DNA from: a virus
Strand: one strand, 5' to 3'
DNA length: 41,304 bases
Virus record (IMG/VR): IMGVR_UViG_3300045988_027240
Coordinates: 1 to 41,304 of that record
The notes under the pieces are model-generated. The model was given only the letters and a program-made list of their open reading frames with translations, had not been told where the DNA came from and searched no databases. This document shows positions 37,390-41,304 of this stretch, piece after piece. A program made the translations under genes and the position numbers. Each line of letters opens with the position of its first letter. Position 1 is the first letter of the stretch.

Positions 37390-38624
37390 TTGCCCCTCCT
37401 CTTCCAGATGCGGTTCGTGCCATAGCGCACGGCGTCGATATGGTGGTTTGCGACATCGGGATATCCCTCCATAACCTCGTTGGTCTTTGGGTCCCGCTCA
37501 TACTCATACTCGGTGAACTCTCTGGCCGTGTCCGGGCAGCGGCCCGGGTCAATGACAATGGCCGTCAGGGATTGCAGCCACTTCATGGAATACGCTACAC
37601 TGCCGGGGCCCTTTTCGGACGCCCGGCAGTTGAGCCCGAAGGCCTTATAGTCGCTGACGGATTTCTCCTCGGCGCTGTCCGCAATGACGAGCTCATCCTG
37701 CGGGATGAGCTCCATCAGCAGGGCGGCGGTGTCCTGGTTGCTGGTGCGGTGCCGGGTCAGCTCGGAGAACAGGTAGAGCGTCCGCCTTGCGGCATCGTAG
37801 TGCATCCGGTTCCACGCCCAGGGGTCAGGGTACCAGCCCCAGTCCACGCCGTTTGTAATGCGGTCGAACTGCGAAATTTCCTCGTCCGAGATGTCCCGGA
37901 GCTGCAGATTCTCAAAGACCTGCGTCCCGCTACCCACGACCTCTCCCAGATATTCGTGCCGGTAGGCGGTGGGATTGGTAGCTTGCAGATGCTCGGCATC
38001 CGCCAGGAAGCGAGGCCCCAGCCATTCCGGTGGGGTAGTCAGGTAAGTGCTGTGATGCACCAGCTTCCCTGGCTTCTCCTCCAGAGCATAGCGGTTGGCC
38101 CAGTTCCGGGCCATCGCGGGAGGGTTGAAGGATTTAAAGGTCATGCTGAACGAGCCGCCTCGCAATGTGGACTGCTCCACGTTGCGGATTTGTTCCGGCC
38201 CGTCAAACTGGTCCAGCTCCTCGAACCAGTCCACGCCGATATAGCCGAACGGAACTTTGATGGACTTTACCTTGCCAGGATCGTCCATTCCGAAGAACAT
38301 GATCTTCTGCCCGGTGGGGATGTAGACACATTCCATCGGGCTTACCGTGCAGCGGAATTTCCTGGTCAGCCCCAGCTGCGCAATCGCCCATACGATCTGA
38401 GCGTAAACCGTAGTTCGAAGGGTGTTGCCGTACTTGCGGAAGACACAGGCGTGAATCTGCGGGTTCTTCAGGATCAGCAGCACCAGTTCCACAGATATCC
38501 AAGAAGATTTCGTGGAGGCTCTGCCGCCCTTTGATACGACCTCGCTGACCTCATGGGCTTTGACAGCCTTGTGCGGCTCCACAAAAGCCGGGGAGATGAT
38601 GTCGGAAAGCCTACAGGTCGTCAA
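37386..38624 (-). CDS. terL: terminase large subunit (PBSX/XtmB family)
   Basis: SKGGRASTKSS (deviant Walker A), GVDWFEELDQF, and nuclease motif GVDWGWYPDPWA. TTG 38624 (9 nt after GGGAGGGG) aligns with XtmB-type N-termini. The start is uncertain. Confidence 0.85.
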   Translation of the reverse strand: MTTCRLSDIISPAFVEPHKAVKAHEVSEVVSKGGRASTKSSWISVELVLLILKNPQIHACVFRKYGNTLRTTVYAQIVWAIAQLGLTRKFRCTVSPMECVYIPTGQKIMFFGMDDPGKVKSIKVPFGYIGVDWFEELDQFDGPEQIRNVEQSTLRGGSFSMTFKSFNPPAMARNWANRYALEEKPGKLVHHSTYLTTPPEWLGPRFLADAEHLQATNPTAYRHEYLGEVVGSGTQVFENLQLRDISDEEISQFDRITNGVDWGWYPDPWAWNRMHYDAARRTLYLFSELTRHRTSNQDTAALLMELIPQDELVIADSAEEKSVSDYKAFGLNCRASEKGPGSVAYSMKWLQSLTAIVIDPGRCPDTAREFTEYEYERDPKTNEVMEGYPDVANHHIDAVRYGTNRIWKRRGK

Positions 38625-38961
38625 TGATCCGCACCCCTCCCTGGTCCTCTCCGGCGACATCACCAAGCAGATCGACAATGATTTTGGCCGCCTTAGCATC
38701 GCCCAGAGTTGCCGCCTCGGTTAGTCCGATAATCATTGCCATTTGATTGTCCACGTCCTCCGGGTCCACGCCCTTGCGGGCTATCTTGTTCCACCTTCGC
38801 CGGTCGGAAACCGGCAGAGAGAGGTACAGGTCCGCCGCTTCCCGGAGGCTGCGCTTGCGGCGGCGTGCCGCACCGGAGGCGATGCCGCCCGCTGTCCGTA
38901 TTGCTTTCTGCTCGGCCTCTGTTCGCCGGTCGAACGGGATAAGATTCTTCTCACCGGACAC
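38611..38961 (-). CDS. terS: terminase small subunit
   Basis: …GEKNLIPFDRRTEAEQKAIRTAGGIASGAARRRKRS… is typical of terS. GTG 38961 follows GAGAGAGGTGGG. The upstream 150 nt of the track ORF looks like a structured leader. Confidence 0.7.
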   Translation of the reverse strand: MSGEKNLIPFDRRTEAEQKAIRTAGGIASGAARRRKRSLREAADLYLSLPVSDRRRWNKIARKGVDPEDVDNQMAMIIGLTEAATLGDAKAAKIIVDLLGDVAGEDQGGVRIIDDL

Positions 38962-39234
38962 GTCACCCACCTCTCTCACCCAATTTTTGCCGCTGGCCCC
39001 CCGCCCCTCGGCCTGATTACGGCAGACATTACCCACCCCGAAGGGCACCATAGAAGAAGCCGCACGGGATTGAACCGTGCCCAGGCCCAGCACACCAGGG
39101 AGCTTCATAGGCCCTGGGAAGCGGCCGGAGGACGAACCGCCTCCCAGGGAACAGGAAGGAGAACAAGGAAAGCAGAGAAGCCACTACAGCTCCCCTGCTT
39201 TTCTCAGTCTACAGAATAACACACCTGGAATGTA
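38962..39234 (-). promoter_or_regulatory. structured leader/late promoter region upstream of terS
   Basis: Several hairpins read directly: CCCTGGGA…TCCCAGGG (39112..39149) and GCACGG-TTCAATC-CCGTGC (39062..39080). The region lies downstream of the late activator gene. Confidence 0.4.
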
Positions 39235-39705
39235 TCATTCTATCCCATCTTGCTCCGGATGCAGATTTTCCAGGGCTCTTCCGTGGATGCGCCAAACCTG
39301 CATCCGCTCATAGCCCATTTCCAGCGATACCCGCTCCCAAGTCATGCCTTCCAGATACCGCAGGCGGAGGCAGCGTTTCTGCTCTGAACTGTCGAGTGCA
39401 TCTATCCGGCACTCGATCTCTTTACGGAAGGATACCAGCTCTACCGCTTTGGCACCGAGTTCCGCTTCCAGCTCGGAGAGCTTGTCCACACAGGATTCCA
39501 TCCGGTCTGATACTCCGCCGCCAGAGCGAGGCATCCCACGGTAGTTTGCGGTCATCTTCGTCATCGTGGACAGGATGCGCTCCCGCTCCCTGAGAAGGTC
39601 CTCGATATCATGCCCTGCCTGCCGGTATTGCTGCAGCCATGCTTTTTTCTCCTGGTTTGTCACACTTCCCCTCCCTAAGCCTTCTGCTTCTCTATTACCC
39701 ATCAT
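39235..39705 (-). CDS. sigma-70 region-4-like late gene activator (DUF1492/ArpU-RinA-like)
   Basis: ATGATG 39705..39700 after GAGGGGG. …EQKRCLRLRYLEGMTWERVSLEMGYERMQVWRIHGRALENL. Located just upstream of terS. Confidence 0.7.
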   Translation of the reverse strand: MMGNREAEGLGRGSVTNQEKKAWLQQYRQAGHDIEDLLRERERILSTMTKMTANYRGMPRSGGGVSDRMESCVDKLSELEAELGAKAVELVSFRKEIECRIDALDSSEQKRCLRLRYLEGMTWERVSLEMGYERMQVWRIHGRALENLHPEQDGIE

Positions 39706-39711
39706 CACAGG

Positions 39712-39761
39712 CCCCCTCACCCTCTCCATCCCCCCTACCCCCCTTCCTCTCCCGCTCCCCC
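39712..39761 (-). other. G-run cluster (potential G-quadruplex) in the 5' region of the late activator gene
   Basis: Minus strand reads GGGGG-AGC-GGG-AGAGGAA-GGGGGG-TA-GGGGGG-ATGGAGAGGGTGA-GGGGG. Overlaps the SD. Confidence 0.5.
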
Positions 39762-39785
39762 AGCGGGCAGACCATTTTCGTGAGG

Positions 39786-40172
39786 TCACGAAAATGATGC
39801 TCCGTGCGCCTTTTTGTACCGGTTGGCCGGCAGATTGTTCTTCTTCCGCCATGCCCATACGGTGTTGACATTGCATCCGACCTTTTCCGCAACTACCCTA
39901 TCCGTGAGCCCTTGCAGATACAGCTTGTAGATCAGCCTATAGTCGATTTTCGCAACAGCGGGGGCCAGCCTCCATGTCTCAATGGTGGGCTTCTTCCGAC
40001 GCCCTGGCTCAAAGAATGCGCAGTTCTCCACAGGTGAGACGGTCTTATACTCCGTTCCATCCGCCCGGACTGCTGTCACGATTTTGCAGTGCCCTGTGTT
40101 CTGCTGATAATCACAGCGGTCAATATGGCCCTCGGCACTGCGGTGGACGCACCTTTTGCATTTAATCGCCAT
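39786..40172 (-). CDS. zinc-ribbon plus C-terminal HTH protein
   Basis: ATG 40172 lies 6 nt after GGAGG. CKRC…C…C cluster. C-terminal LTDRVVAEKVGCNVNTVWAWRKKNNL is an HTH. Confidence 0.55.
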   Translation of the reverse strand: MAIKCKRCVHRSAEGHIDRCDYQQNTGHCKIVTAVRADGTEYKTVSPVENCAFFEPGRRKKPTIETWRLAPAVAKIDYRLIYKLYLQGLTDRVVAEKVGCNVNTVWAWRKKNNLPANRYKKAHGASFS

Positions 40173-40758
40173 AGTACGCCTCCATATACGCCAGGACATT
40201 GGAGGCATAGGCGCTTTTCCCAGGCTTTCCGCTGTTGTAAGCCGTCAGTGCCTTTTCCAGCGGATATTTCCCCAGGAGCTCCGCCAGATAATCGCAGCCC
40301 ACCCGGAAATTGCCGTAGGGGTCCGTTAGGTCCGTCACGCCCAAGCGGGCCATCCGGTCCTCGTGCCAGCGCCGCTGTACCTGCATATAGCCTACGCTGC
40401 GCCCATCGTCGCCCGTGACATTGCGAAACTCCGTCTCCTGCCGGATCACGGCCAGGGCCAGCTCATAGGGGATCCCGGTCTCCTCGCAAGCCGCCCGAAG
40501 AAATGCTTGGGTATCGCCGTCGAGCGGCACATCCTCCCGGAAGTATCCGGATGCGTAAAGCGCCGCTTCGATGTACTCGTTCTCAGAATCCTCCTCGGGC
40601 TCTGCCTCAATCGCATATTCCGTGCGTTCCTCCGCCTCTTCCGTGTGATTTTCCGTGCGTTCCGTTTCTTCAGCGGCTTTGGCGGGCCAGAAAAGCAACA
40701 GACCCACCACAAACACAATCCATACGATGTATGCTATCTCCCAAACATTTCGTTTCAT
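40162..40758 (-). CDS. membrane-anchored lytic transglycosylase (SLT domain)
   Basis: N-terminal TM helix IAYIVWIVFVVGLLLFW and an acidic linker. SLT motifs AVIRQETEF (catalytic Glu), GYMQV and AYNSG. Confidence 0.8.
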   Translation of the reverse strand: MKRNVWEIAYIVWIVFVVGLLLFWPAKAAEETERTENHTEEAEERTEYAIEAEPEEDSENEYIEAALYASGYFREDVPLDGDTQAFLRAACEETGIPYELALAVIRQETEFRNVTGDDGRSVGYMQVQRRWHEDRMARLGVTDLTDPYGNFRVGCDYLAELLGKYPLEKALTAYNSGKPGKSAYASNVLAYMEAYYGD

Positions 40759-41304
40759 TTTTTCGCCAGCCTTTCCATGGCATGCCGGATTACATCGCCG
40801 CCGTAGGAATTTTTAGTAAGCTCCAAAAACTCTTCCAGCGTCATGGCTCCGTTCTCCACGTCGATCCCGTGATCTTTGGCAAACGCTTTCCGCCCCATAT
40901 CGCAGCTCCCGGTAAGGCGATGATGCCACTCATAAAAATGCTGGTTGGGATATTTCTTCCTGCACTCGGTTTCAGCCAAAAAAGCGCTGATTCTTTCCTC
41001 TTCCGGCATATCCTCAAAGAGCTTATCCCGCAAGGCTTCCATTGCTCCCCGAAGCGTTTCCCCGTGGGCGAAAAGATTATCCTGCTTTACCACGTAGCAC
41101 GGAGTAAGTGTTAAGTTGCCATTGAGAATTGCCCCGTGAGCGACGTTCCCGCGGATGGAGTAGATCAACGTGGGCATTCCATCAATTTGATAGACGTTTT
41201 TGCCATCAAATACATGTACGCCGTAGCCGGAGCCGTCGCCGTAGCCGTCGCCGGAGCCGTCGCCGTAGCCGTAGCTGTAGCCGGAGCCGTAGCCGTAGCC
41301 GTCG
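40755..41304 (-). CDS. 3' part of the Gly-(Tyr/Ser/Asp) repeat protein gene (globular C-terminal domain, unknown function)
   Basis: The reading frame is open from 41304 through the repeat (…DGSGDGYGDGSGYG) into VHVFDGKNVYQIDG…HGETLRGAMEALRDKL…WHHRLTGSCDMGRKAF…. Stop is at 40755. Confidence 0.6.
   Translation of the reverse strand, partial: DGYGYGSGYSYGYGDGSGDGYGDGSGYGVHVFDGKNVYQIDGMPTLIYSIRGNVAHGAILNGNLTLTPCYVVKQDNLFAHGETLRGAMEALRDKLFEDMPEEERISAFLAETECRKKYPNQHFYEWHHRLTGSCDMGRKAFAKDHGIDVENGAMTLEEFLELTKNSYGGDVIRHAMERLAKK
41220..41304 (-). repeat. hexanucleotide coding repeat, 3'-window copy (includes the terminal direct repeat 41260..41304)
   Basis: Same (GCC-GNN)n units. The last 45 nt are identical to 1..45. 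Confidence 0.9.

Noticed and set aside
39062-39080. T-arm-like hairpin (GCACGG-TTCAATC-CCGTGC, minus strand) with a partially complementary GAAGC…GCTTC pair nearby, which suggested a tRNA gene upstream of terS.
   Set aside because: Only about 20 nt separate the putative 5' acceptor strand from the T-arm. There is no room for D and anticodon arms, the acceptor pairing is imperfect and there is no CCA. Treated as part of a structured leader.
39108-39108. ATG 39108 as the terS start, which would give 165 aa.
   Set aside because: There is no SD. The 49 extra residues are Gly/Val/Arg-rich and overlap stable hairpins. terS-family similarity begins at GEKNLIPF, right after the GTG at 38961 that has a strong SD. 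Kept as an alternative in the evidence text.

Overview
The window is a complete phage genome. Positions 1..45 are identical to 41260..41304, so the sequence closes into a circle of 41,259 unique bp, and one ORF reads in frame across the junction. It looks like a temperate siphovirus-type phage. The high G+C, strong AGGAGG-type ribosome-binding sites and SPP1/PBSX-like modules suggest a Clostridia/Firmicutes host (inference).

Nearly all genes lie on the minus strand and run in one direction:
- cro-like gene (start 10121)
- early genes (9903..191): recombination (RecT, MBL-fold hydrolase, DUF1351), replication (DnaD-type organizer with internal iterons, G39P-like loader) and DNA modification (C5-MTase stump, PP-loop enzyme, SNF2 helicase-methylase fusion)
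- across the junction: a Gly/Tyr-repeat protein, a membrane-anchored SLT transglycosylase and a Zn-ribbon/HTH protein
- sigma-like late activator (39705)
- terS, terL, portal, MuF/gp7, scaffold, capsid, connectors, tail, tape measure and fibres
- XhlA, holin, endolysin (18642)

The plus strand carries the lysogeny module (10394..14104): an Mrr-type nuclease fusion, a CI-like HTH protein, a membrane-anchored XRE regulator and a tyrosine integrase. It ends at an attP that contains the 3' half of a tRNA-Val(GAC)-like gene. Two divergent accessory operons sit between attP and the lysis cassette.

Most noteworthy observations:
1. An operon (16689..18290) with a consensus promoter, two identical 19-bp palindromes, tiny acidic ORFs and an HTH gene, which matches acr-aca (anti-defence) architecture.
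2. A MuF/gp7 head protein with a DUF6883-like C-terminal extension, followed by a GTG-start 53-aa DUF4926-like ORF (34138..34299) that is absent from the ORF track. This looks like a toxin/immunity-type pair.
3. An AT-rich Mrr_cat nuclease fusion placed between cro and the CI-like gene, as rexAB sits next to cI in lambda.
4. A promoter-equipped plus-strand membrane-protein moron wedged between the tail chaperone and tape-measure genes.
5. A five-gene surface-protein-like cassette next to attP.
6. A 63-residue (Gly-Tyr/Ser/Asp)n low-complexity protein encoded by a hexanucleotide repeat.
7. Face-to-face consensus promoters in the immunity region.

Caveats: all family names come from motif recognition by eye, not from searches. 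The ORF track shows GTG/TTG starts as M, and several starts were re-assigned using SD spacing and ATGA/GTGA stop-start overlaps.
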